Of a stretch of DNA of 39,499 nucleotides, positions 1 through 6,842 are shown one piece after another. Under the pieces are notes generated by a model that worked only from the letters and a program-made list of their open reading frames with translations, had not been told where the DNA came from and did not search any database. The DNA lies in IMG/VR virus record IMGVR_UViG_3300045988_136409, one strand, 5' to 3'. Made by a program: the position numbers and the translations under genes. Source of the DNA: a virus. Position 1 is the stretch's first letter, and the number at the start of each line of letters is the position of its first letter.

Positions 1-26
1 AAGCGCGAGACGGGGATCGAACCCGC
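1..26 (-). repeat. attL core: duplicated 3' fragment of a tRNA gene (26-bp direct repeat of 39474-39499)
   Basis: aagcgcgagacggggatcgaacccgc is identical at both window ends. The reverse complement gcggg-ttcgatc-cccgt-ctcgcgc-t reads as T-stem, T-loop, T-stem, 7-nt acceptor 3' strand and discriminator U. The flank at 27 onward is not tRNA-like. Confidence 0.75.
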
Positions 27-139
27 AAAGCATTTTTAACGGAAACGCCGAAAATACAGGAAATGCTGATAAACACTGGGTTTGCAATAACGTACGAAAT
101 GTACTATACGCGATAAAAATACACTATTTACATAGGTTT

Positions 140-181
140 TGCAACGCAATGCAACATGAATGCAACATGAAATGCAACATG
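140..181 (+). repeat. array of TGCAAC-type direct repeats, candidate integrase arm-type binding sites (int-proximal arm)
   Basis: TGCAACGC at 140-147 and TGCAACATG at 150-158, 161-169 and 173-181, spaced 11-12 nt, immediately downstream of the int stop codon. The same 9-mer occurs twice near attR (39417-39437). Confidence 0.6.
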
Positions 182-186
182 GATGA

Positions 187-1437
187 TTATGTAGCAATTC
201 GGTGTTCTTCAATAAATTTCATAAACTCTTTCTGACTTTTCTTGCTATCTTCTTTGCCAAAAAGGATAAGCCAGGCTCTGTACTTTTCCCACGGCATATT
301 TTCCGAGATAGGATTTGCAATATTATCAAAATATCCATCAATTTTATCATCAACAGCATTACGGATTTCGGAGAAGGTCTGGGTGTATACTTTTTTCATG
401 ATCTTATCAGACTTCCAGCCCCCGCGCTCCTGAGCATACTTGTCCGGGATACGCAGAGCTGCCATAACGGATGCGTTCAGGTGACGAAGATCATGAAAGG
501 TCATATGCTTAAAACGGTGCTCGTCTTGGAACTTGATCCACCGATGATAGATCTGAGCTTCGGTGAGGGTGACGAGCCTGTCCCCGGGGACCTTATCAAT
601 GAGAGATTTGATATAGGGCGGGATCCGGTGTGTACGGTTACGGTATTTGTTTTTGGCAATATCCTTACGATGATCCTTGCCACCTACGACAACAACTACC
701 TCTGCAATGCGGATGTGATCTCCGGAAATTGATTTCGTCTTCGTCAAGCCACGGATCTCCGACATCGAGAAACTGAGCCAGGCAGCCAGCAGGACCGGCA
801 GCTCCAGCTCGTTGCCTTTGATCGCCGGCAGAAGCGCCTCCGCAGGTATCAGATCAGGCACGCGCTCGGGAACTTCGGGAAGCTCAATGTTACGAAGAAC
901 ATCATCCAAAGAGCTTGTATATTTACGGATTACAGATGCAATCAGGCTCCATTCGTTCTGCAGACGTTTAGGAGAGAGCGTGACTCCTTTTTTTCGGTTA
1001 CACGGACGCTGGGATTCCATATTGACAGATTCCTGCAGGAGCTCTTTATCCATATCTTTGACACAAATCTGCATCAGGTCCTGAAAACCGTTCCGCTGGA
1101 TACACCTATAATCCTGGATAGTAGTAAGAGATCTATTCAGGACAAGACGGGATTCAATATATTTGTCTATCAATTCTGTAAGCGGAAGAAGAGTATAATC
1201 TACTTTTTTTTGCTTCGGCTGCTTTGCCAGTTCTTCTTCCTTCTGCAGAACAAATTGCGCTGCTGCAAGTTCTACAGTTTTTTTGGTGGGACCGGTAATG
1301 GTTTTATATTTTCTTGTTGTCTTCTGTTTGCCGTTTGGCATAAAAACAGGAGTGCCGTCTGCATTGTATACAGGCTCTTCGTGGCTATATGGTTTGACAC
1401 ACCATGTTCCACTCGGCAGCTTATAAGGTGTTGCCAT
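187..1437 (-). CDS. int: tyrosine recombinase, phage integrase
   Basis: The C-terminal segment FHDLRHLNAS...GGWKSDKIMKKVYTQT carries the HxxR and catalytic Tyr context. Start chosen at MATPYKLPSG (ATG 1437), preceded by AAGGAGGA. The gene is adjacent to the att core. Confidence 0.9.
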   Translation of the reverse strand: MATPYKLPSGTWCVKPYSHEEPVYNADGTPVFMPNGKQKTTRKYKTITGPTKKTVELAAAQFVLQKEEELAKQPKQKKVDYTLLPLTELIDKYIESRLVLNRSLTTIQDYRCIQRNGFQDLMQICVKDMDKELLQESVNMESQRPCNRKKGVTLSPKRLQNEWSLIASVIRKYTSSLDDVLRNIELPEVPERVPDLIPAEALLPAIKGNELELPVLLAAWLSFSMSEIRGLTKTKSISGDHIRIAEVVVVVGGKDHRKDIAKNKYRNRTHRIPPYIKSLIDKVPGDRLVTLTEAQIYHRWIKFQDEHRFKHMTFHDLRHLNASVMAALRIPDKYAQERGGWKSDKIMKKVYTQTFSEIRNAVDDKIDGYFDNIANPISENMPWEKYRAWLILFGKEDSKKSQKEFMKFIEEHRIAT

Positions 1438-1637
1438 AGTATCATCCTCCTTAAAATAGGCATAAAAATGCCCGGACATATGTTTGCATTGCAATCCGTC
1501 CGGGAAAATGATAAAATGCACTTGTTCAAGGTGATTTTTATCGGTTATCCCGGTAAAATCGGATCAGCTCCGGTGCTCCAACACTGGGGCTGATTTATAT
1601 TAATATTTTCAAATTTCAAGATTATTCTTGTAGGATA

Positions 1638-1666
1638 TTGACATATTATTATTAGAGTGCTATTAT
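1638..1666 (+). promoter_or_regulatory. near-consensus sigma-A-type promoter pointing into the 3' end of the SIR2 gene (antisense)
   Basis: TTGACA (1638-1643), 17-nt spacer, extended -10 TGcTATTAT (1658-1666). There is no plus-strand ORF downstream. Confidence 0.6.
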
Positions 1667-1671
1667 GTACT

Positions 1672-1736
1672 CGATTCGAAGCCAGCCCCTGTAAAGGTTC
1701 ACGACAGTGAACTGTTTACACGCTGGCTTTTCCTTT
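1672..1736 (+). ncRNA. candidate ~60-nt antisense sRNA, overlapping the last codons and stop of the SIR2 gene
   Basis: The predicted TSS is about 6-8 nt after the -10. A 51-nt near-perfect hairpin spans 1679-1729: AAGCCAGC/GCTGGCTT, TGTAAA/TTTACA and GTTCAC/GTGAAC, with loop GACA. It is followed by a TTTTCCTTT tract. Confidence 0.45.
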
Positions 1737-3335
1737 GAATAAATCATGATAGCACATCCAATCATAGATTTTAATCAAGCGTCTCAAATCTGATGAGTGA
1801 GGGTGTTCTTCACCAGTATAGATATCTGTAGGATATGAAGTGAGAACATCCATCAAATAATCTTTTAAAGATTCCTTTGTTAAATGCTTATATGGTAATC
1901 TTACAATGTAATATAGGTTTTGTGGGTATACAAAATTTTCACATATGGAAGCAATGGATGAACCATATACAATGGTTCTACTACGGCGAATAGATCCATT
2001 GTAAAAATCTTCGATATCGTGCTTTACATATTTGTGTATGCAATTAGGTATAGGCTTTTGAGCACCGGCTAAGTATTTGAATAATGGCATACTGCCACAT
2101 GTACGCGAAAGATGACCATACATTGTTTTTTCTAATAGGAGATCAGGATCAAACTGTTGATCATCAAATACAATATCACGATAAATATCTTCGGCACAAA
2201 ACGATGAATATGCAGATTCAGCAAGTTTGGAAATTCCGACTCCAATTACGAATTCAACATTCGTAAAGTCTTTAGTATTTTCAAAAGGTAACATAATTTT
2301 TACCTTATCTGTCGGAGTAGTGGTTGCTACCAAATCGTAGACATTTTCTTTAAGCATTCGCAACCATTTTACAGGATATTTTGTGTGATTCAACGCTAGA
2401 ATTTCATAAATCATCCCATAATCATTTACCTTAATACGAGTCATCGGAAAGTCCTTTCCGGAAACTGTATGATAAGATATAGAGTCAATCTCATAATCAT
2501 CCATCTTCTCAGAAGAAAGTCTTTCGATAAAAATAAAACGTGACTTAAGAGTATTTAACTGATCAGCATCCAGGCAAATGGCAATATTGTTTAAAATATT
2601 CTTTATATCTTCATCTGATATAGAGTAACCGATAAAAACAATAGGATGTTCGACAAAGATAGTCAATAATTTAGCGGCTAAGTACCTGCTTCTTAAATTT
2701 AACTTATTATAATCATCGGAATTTATAATAATGGAGCGTGGATCTGTACAGCATCCATGTATTTTATATATTTCACCAATTCCTTGCAGAGGTGAAAAAA
2801 GAAGCTTTTCCTGACCAATATATGTCATAAAATCAAATATATTTTCTAAAAGTAGATCGTAATTCGTTGTTATAATGCCAGCAATAGAATTATGAGAAAG
2901 TAATTTTAGTTTTTCAATTTCGTCAGGAAGCATGTATGCATGATTATTTGTAAACGAGGCAAAATAATTGGCAAGCGCAAGCCTGAAGGGAGTACAACCG
3001 CTTATTACTTCATTGCTATATTGAGTACGCATGGAAGCAAACCTGTCATCGGTATACCATATGCGGTTGTATTCTTGTTCTATATAATCAGCTATAATAG
3101 AGTTAAGTATATTCACAGAAGATGCATCTAAGTTGTCTTTATATATTTTCGCCTTTGCTGCGGAGGAATATTGGTAGAATAGCAAAGGGTTAGAATGATC
3201 AATTTCATCGCAAAAATGCATTAATAATCGCTCCCAATCTGGAGTACCTAAGTAACGGCGAGAGAATCCAGAGCCAATAAAGAGAAAGGGGAGAGATTCA
3301 TTAAAAACAAGGTAATCTTCAAGTTTCTTTTCCAT
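1716..3335 (-). CDS. SIR2-family (SIR2_2-like) protein with an unassigned ~240-aa C-terminal domain
   Basis: Motifs seen: LFIGSGFSRRYLGTPDWERLL (GxGxS), GIITTNYDLLLE, EIYKIHGC and PIVFIGYSISDEDIKNIL. Start chosen at MEKKLEDY (ATG 3335) with GAAAGGAA RBS. The longer track ORF would read through the upstream palindrome. Confidence 0.8.
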   Translation of the reverse strand: MEKKLEDYLVFNESLPFLFIGSGFSRRYLGTPDWERLLMHFCDEIDHSNPLLFYQYSSAAKAKIYKDNLDASSVNILNSIIADYIEQEYNRIWYTDDRFASMRTQYSNEVISGCTPFRLALANYFASFTNNHAYMLPDEIEKLKLLSHNSIAGIITTNYDLLLENIFDFMTYIGQEKLLFSPLQGIGEIYKIHGCCTDPRSIIINSDDYNKLNLRSRYLAAKLLTIFVEHPIVFIGYSISDEDIKNILNNIAICLDADQLNTLKSRFIFIERLSSEKMDDYEIDSISYHTVSGKDFPMTRIKVNDYGMIYEILALNHTKYPVKWLRMLKENVYDLVATTTPTDKVKIMLPFENTKDFTNVEFVIGVGISKLAESAYSSFCAEDIYRDIVFDDQQFDPDLLLEKTMYGHLSRTCGSMPLFKYLAGAQKPIPNCIHKYVKHDIEDFYNGSIRRSRTIVYGSSIASICENFVYPQNLYYIVRLPYKHLTKESLKDYLMDVLTSYPTDIYTGEEHPHSSDLRRLIKIYDWMCYHDLFKGKASV

Positions 3336-3349
3336 AAAATTCCTTTCTG

Positions 3350-3363
3350 TTGCACCGGTGCAA
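3350..3363 (-). promoter_or_regulatory. copy 1 of the 14-bp palindrome TTGCACCGGTGCAA (exact)
   Basis: On the minus strand it reads AAATTGCACCGGTGCAACAGAAAGGA and then the SIR2 ATG. It lies between the zinc-ribbon gene and the SIR2 gene. Confidence 0.8.
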
Positions 3364-3388
3364 TTTTTTAAAATGAAGATCATAAATA

Positions 3389-3673
3389 TTATAAGCCGTA
3401 TATTGTAGCACCAAAGATTTTACCACAGACAGGGCAAGAACGTTGATATAGTATATCGGGTAACTTTGGATAATTTTTATTCTTCCCATAAAGAGAAAAC
3501 ACCTGTTGATTATATTGTTTACAGGCAGTACAATTTCGATTTGCAGTAATAAGCACAGTATCAATATTCCACTCATTAATTTTAGGAATAATGCGTTTCA
3601 ACGAGACGTTTTCGATATCCGAGGGTAACATAGTCGAAGAACGGATACTGTTAAAGATTTTAGTGAATCCCAT
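3389..3673 (-). CDS. small zinc-ribbon protein resembling the conserved core of the phage MuF/SPP1-gp7 domain
   Basis: 94 aa with AAAGGGGAAA RBS and two Cys pairs, NCTACKQYNQQVFSL ... LYQRSCPVCG. By eye these parallel NPCPKCLPFVGKIL ... LYHPRCK in this phage's own MuF protein (22620-24260). Confidence 0.6.
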   Translation of the reverse strand: MGFTKIFNSIRSSTMLPSDIENVSLKRIIPKINEWNIDTVLITANRNCTACKQYNQQVFSLYGKNKNYPKLPDILYQRSCPVCGKIFGATIYGL

Positions 3674-3700
3674 ATAAATTTCCCCTTTTCATATTAGTAT

Positions 3701-4162
3701 TTATATCAGCTCCAACACGGAAACCGGGTCGAAGTAGATCACGTAATTATCATATTGCACACACAGACCGTACTTGCTCCGATAGCACTGCAGGGCTTCC
3801 TGCAGAAACTCCTCTGTGACACCCAGGTAATCAGCCATCTCATAAGAGGTAGTATAGTGTGCTTTGTGGCAGGAGATGATGCCGTGTAGTCCAATCAGTT
3901 TGTTATAACTCCAGAGTCTTGCCCGGAGCTCCTGCTTGCGGTTGGAATCAGAGGACTGATTGATAATGTCTCCGATGGTTGTGTGGTAATGCCCAAGCTC
4001 TTCGGCAAGCACGCAGGCCCTCTGTGTGGATCTCCGCACGGTCCGATTGATACCGATCACATCATTACGGATCAGTCCATCGGCCCGGGACTGGAATGGA
4101 GCATCTTCTATTACATATACATTTTCATCGGCAGCTTCCTGCAGTAAGTTCTCATAGGTCAA
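3701..4162 (-). CDS. ImmA/IrrE-like (DUF955) metallopeptidase-family protein, putative anti-repressor protease
   Basis: It has the motif VLAEELGHYHTT (HExxH-like, with the first His replaced by Glu). It sits immediately downstream of the XRE repressor gene, as in ImmR/ImmA pairs. TTG start. Confidence 0.65.
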   Translation of the reverse strand: MTYENLLQEAADENVYVIEDAPFQSRADGLIRNDVIGINRTVRRSTQRACVLAEELGHYHTTIGDIINQSSDSNRKQELRARLWSYNKLIGLHGIISCHKAHYTTSYEMADYLGVTEEFLQEALQCYRSKYGLCVQYDNYVIYFDPVSVLELI

Positions 4163-4176
4163 ATTGCATCATCCTT

Positions 4177-4707
4177 TTATTTTTCAGGTCTTTTCAGAAG
4201 TTTCATATCGGTCTGCATCTTTTCCTGTTCCTCAGGATCCGAAGCGTGATCATTATGAGCGGCACTAAGCCAGGCAGTATCATTTGGAATAGATATTCTG
4301 TTGGAAGGTACCTTAGCCAAATCGGCAGGCCATGTTTGGATACCATCCATGAAATTCCCCCTAAAGTGATCAATACTAGCGGAACAACGGTCAGATTCTT
4401 CGGCAAGTACAAAATCGACCATCTTTTTACCATGCTCATCGAGAGCACGGTATTTTTTTATATGGTCATATTCTGCCAGGGTAACATCATTTTGTTTCGC
4501 TTTTATTTTAACAGCATCTTGGAACAAGTAGTTTGCATCCACATTTAATGTTTCCATTAATTTATATATAATCTGTTCTTTCGGATGGCTGGTTTCCTTT
4601 TCGTAGTTGGTAATAGCAGAACCCGTTACGCCAATTAAGGCACCGAGTTCAGTTTGGGTTAGTCCCATTCGTTCTCTTGCTTCTTTTATTCTATATCCAA
4701 TACCCAT
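4177..4707 (-). CDS. XRE-family HTH repressor (CI/ImmR-like)
   Basis: N-terminal IKEARERMGLTQTELGALIGVTGSAITNYEKE is a helix-turn-helix. Start at MGIGYRIK (ATG 4707) after AAAGAGGTG. It is divergent from the Cro-like gene. Confidence 0.85.
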   Translation of the reverse strand: MGIGYRIKEARERMGLTQTELGALIGVTGSAITNYEKETSHPKEQIIYKLMETLNVDANYLFQDAVKIKAKQNDVTLAEYDHIKKYRALDEHGKKMVDFVLAEESDRCSASIDHFRGNFMDGIQTWPADLAKVPSNRISIPNDTAWLSAAHNDHASDPEEQEKMQTDMKLLKRPEK

Positions 4708-4731
4708 ACACGCACCTCTTTCTTTGTTACT

Positions 4732-4760
4732 AATATAACTCAAAAATCTTCAAATGTAAA
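4732..4760 (-). promoter_or_regulatory. candidate lysogenic promoter for the immR-immA-Zn ribbon-SIR2 operon
   Basis: On the minus strand: TTTACA (4760-4755), 17 nt, TATATT (4737-4732). Confidence 0.45.
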
Positions 4761-4792
4761 TATAAAAAACTCAAGATTTTTTAGAAAATGTA

Positions 4793-4821
4793 TTGACAAC
4801 TAAAGAATCATTAGTTATGAT
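4793..4821 (+). promoter_or_regulatory. early (lytic) promoter for the Cro-like operon
   Basis: TTGACA (4793-4798), 17 nt, TATGAT (4816-4821). Confidence 0.65.
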
Positions 4822-4845
4822 GTAGTTGAACTAAAGAAACTTTAG
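4798..4845. promoter_or_regulatory. two related inverted-repeat operators (O1 4798-4816, O2 4831-4845)
   Basis: O1 is AACTAAagaatcaTTAGTT and lies between the -35 and -10 of the early promoter. O2 is CTAAAGaaaCTTTAG. Both share ACTAAAGAA. Confidence 0.55.
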
Positions 4846-4860
4846 GAAAGGAGAACAAAA

Positions 4861-5067
4861 TTGAATTCTATTGTAGCACCTAACGTAAAAAGAATAATTA
4901 AGCAGAAATGTTTAAAGCAATCTGCGGTAGCTACCAGAGCCGGATATACTCCGAATCAGTTCTGCTCCATGATGAAAGGCCGAAAGATTATCAAAGATAT
5001 AGACATTATGAATATTGCGATAGCTTTGGGTGTAGATGCCAATGAACTATTTAAGAAGGAGGAATAA
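4861..5067 (+). CDS. Cro-like XRE-family HTH protein
   Basis: 68 aa with KQSAVATRAGYTPNQFCSMMKG HTH-like segment. TTG start after AAAGGAG. Divergent from the repressor gene. Confidence 0.75.
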   Translation: MNSIVAPNVKRIIKQKCLKQSAVATRAGYTPNQFCSMMKGRKIIKDIDIMNIAIALGVDANELFKKEE

Positions 5068-5070
5068 CCA

Positions 5071-5214
5071 ATGAACAAAGTAGATGAATTGATCGACGCA
5101 CGGGCTGAACACATCAAAAAGCGTATCGATGCAGGTAATGACATGGAAAATGAGATTGCCGAAAAGACGAAGGCTCTTGCAGAGCTGGTGTCTGCAAGAG
5201 CCAAAGGATATTAG
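5071..5214 (+). CDS. hypothetical small protein (47 aa, not in ORF track)
   Basis: ATG at 5071, 7 nt after AAGGAGGA. Helical, charged sequence MNKVDELIDARAEHIKKRIDAG... Confidence 0.5.
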   Translation: MNKVDELIDARAEHIKKRIDAGNDMENEIAEKTKALAELVSARAKGY

Positions 5215-5381
5215 CAGAGTGCCTTGCTATTCAATTCGACCAGTTTGTTGTAGATTTCCTGCATGAATTCTGCAACATCATGCCCATTGTCTTTGTTGGG
5301 GGCATAAGTGGTACTAGACATTTTGGCAACAGTAATATCTCTGACAACGTCAATAAGGTATTTGTTGACTCTGGGATCCAT
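5211..5381 (-). CDS. hypothetical small protein (56 aa)
   Basis: Start at MDPRVNKY after AAAGGAGG. Convergent with the preceding ORF. Confidence 0.5.
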   Translation of the reverse strand: MDPRVNKYLIDVVRDITVAKMSSTTYAPNKDNGHDVAEFMQEIYNKLVELNSKALC

Positions 5382-5539
5382 AATGAATACCTCCTTTCTA
5401 CAATTAAATGAAACAAATGTTCTGCAATAATTGTAGAAAACAAATGTTCGCATGTCAAGATAAAAATACAATATATGCACATTTTATTTTGAAATCAACA
5501 ATATATTGTGGATTTCGAGTAGGGAAGAAGGCAGCAGGA

Positions 5540-5722
5540 ATGAAGGACCCACATAAGCTTAAAATCGTGGCTTCTGATAAATCATCATTCGAGATCTGGT
5601 TGGATGATAAACAGATCCACCATGTAAAAGAATATGAACTGAAGAAAGTGGAAAAAGGAAATCTGGTGGAATTAACCCTGAAATTGTTGGTCACATATCC
5701 TAACCAAGAAAGTAATCAGTAG
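5540..5722 (+). CDS. hypothetical small protein (60 aa)
   Basis: Start at MKDPHKLK with a weak GAAGG RBS. It has a 23-nt convergent overlap with the next gene. Confidence 0.35.
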   Translation: MKDPHKLKIVASDKSSFEIWLDDKQIHHVKEYELKKVEKGNLVELTLKLLVTYPNQESNQ

Positions 5723-6065
5723 CAGCACGCTTTGCAAGTTCCATAAGAATAGAGAGAGAAGCATCAGTGGCTTTTGATTTTACTTTATTCCATAAGGACT
5801 TAGCCCGGATATTAGCCAGAAATTCATGTCCAAGAGGTGTGAGATCACCAATTAAAACTGTAGCACCTCCGTCGTAGTAATGAACATTTTCAATGAGACC
5901 GGATACACTGGCCTGCTTTATGTGATAAACAATTTCTTCATGGGAAAACTCAGCAAGATATTCTGATTCAAAAGTATCTCGATCATACTCCCACGGAGTA
6001 TCAAAATTACATTTTTCTTCTACGCTCAGAAGGATTCCGCGGATGCAGTCGGGGTTAAGTTTCAT
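5700..6065 (-). CDS. DUF2513-like hypothetical protein
   Basis: The N-terminus MKLNPDCIRGILLSVEEKCNF... resembles DUF2513-family proteins. AAGGAG RBS. The track ORF is over-extended upstream. Confidence 0.55.
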   Translation of the reverse strand: MKLNPDCIRGILLSVEEKCNFDTPWEYDRDTFESEYLAEFSHEEIVYHIKQASVSGLIENVHYYDGGATVLIGDLTPLGHEFLANIRAKSLWNKVKSKATDASLSILMELAKRAATDYFLG

Positions 6066-6159
6066 AGCGTATCTCCTTAAAGTGTGACAAGTTACTGAAA
6101 TTATTATAGGAGAAAACAAAACGTAATACAACAGAATATTCAGGAAGGAGACAGCAGGA

Positions 6160-6264
6160 ATGGAGAGAATCGACAGATTATATGCTCTGCTGGAGCATGA
6201 TGACATTGACGAGGACACCAAGGCAGCGCTGCGGTGGGCGATTTTTGAGTTAGAAGGGAAGTAA
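6160..6264 (+). CDS. hypothetical mini-protein (34 aa, not in ORF track)
   Basis: ATG at 6160 after AGGAAGGAG. Sequence MERIDRLYALLEHDDIDEDTKAALRWAIFELEGK. Confidence 0.4.
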   Translation: MERIDRLYALLEHDDIDEDTKAALRWAIFELEGK

Positions 6265-6268
6265 AAAG

Positions 6269-6562
6269 ATGCCGAAAACCAATCTTTTAAAAACAGAAGC
6301 AGCCAGAAAGAATTATGCATCCAGGGCCAGAGCGGGAATCAAACGGCACATAGAACTGAGCAAAGTGCCGGAGGACAAGATCGCCGCGAAGCAGAATGTG
6401 CAGGTAAGAACGCTGATGAACCGGATCGAGGATCCGGGATCCATGCGGCTGAGAGATCTGTGGGATCTGGCAGAGATCATAGATGCTCCGGTCGGAGAAC
6501 TGGCTGGTGGGGATCTGCCGGAGGAAATGCTGGCAAAACTTCTGCAACAGAAATTATTGTAA
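6269..6562 (+). CDS. hypothetical protein, possible HTH DNA-binding
   Basis: 97 aa. The segment NVQVRTLMNRIEDPGSMRLRDLWDLAEII looks HTH-like. Confidence 0.5.
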   Translation: MPKTNLLKTEAARKNYASRARAGIKRHIELSKVPEDKIAAKQNVQVRTLMNRIEDPGSMRLRDLWDLAEIIDAPVGELAGGDLPEEMLAKLLQQKLL

Positions 6563-6842
6563 CCACAGGTATCCGTGCCCTGTACGTGGTGTATTCCCAA
6601 CACCACACTCCCCTTTTACACAATTAGCGTGTGTGTCCAGTCCTCCCCTGGCTGGGCACCACGTAGAGGGCATGGGGACAAGCATCATATTATAGATCAC
6701 GCTTTGTGCGTGGTGCATCTTGCTGCATCACCATATGACGGCATATCATCCACTGCTATGATGGTATGTTGCCCTCTTTCTGGTGGTACCCGGGTAGATC
6801 AGCACCGGGGCCACGCAGAGAGCGTGATCGGAAAGGGCAAAC
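6563..6842 (+). ncRNA. GC-rich structured non-coding region (candidate cis-regulatory RNA, ncRNA or inverted-repeat element)
   Basis: No credible ORF. Hairpin GTGGTGTattcccaACACCAC lies at about 6586-6606. A long-range imperfect inverted repeat pairs GATCACGCTttgTGCGTGG (6695-6713) with CCACGCAgagAGCGTGATC (6811-6829), enclosing 97 nt that contain further hairpins. The region ends at the RBS of the 6843 gene. Confidence 0.45.

Noticed and set aside
202-1593. Several plus-strand ORFs (202-732, 812-1084, 1210-1593) inside the integrase locus.
   Set aside because: They are antisense to the integrase gene and have neither an RBS nor recognisable motifs.
1716-3335. Calling the SIR2 protein Thoeris ThsA or DSR1/DSR2.
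   Set aside because: No TIR (ThsB) gene is in the window and no SLOG-like C-terminal motifs are visible. The protein is about half the length of DSR proteins. The classification is left open.
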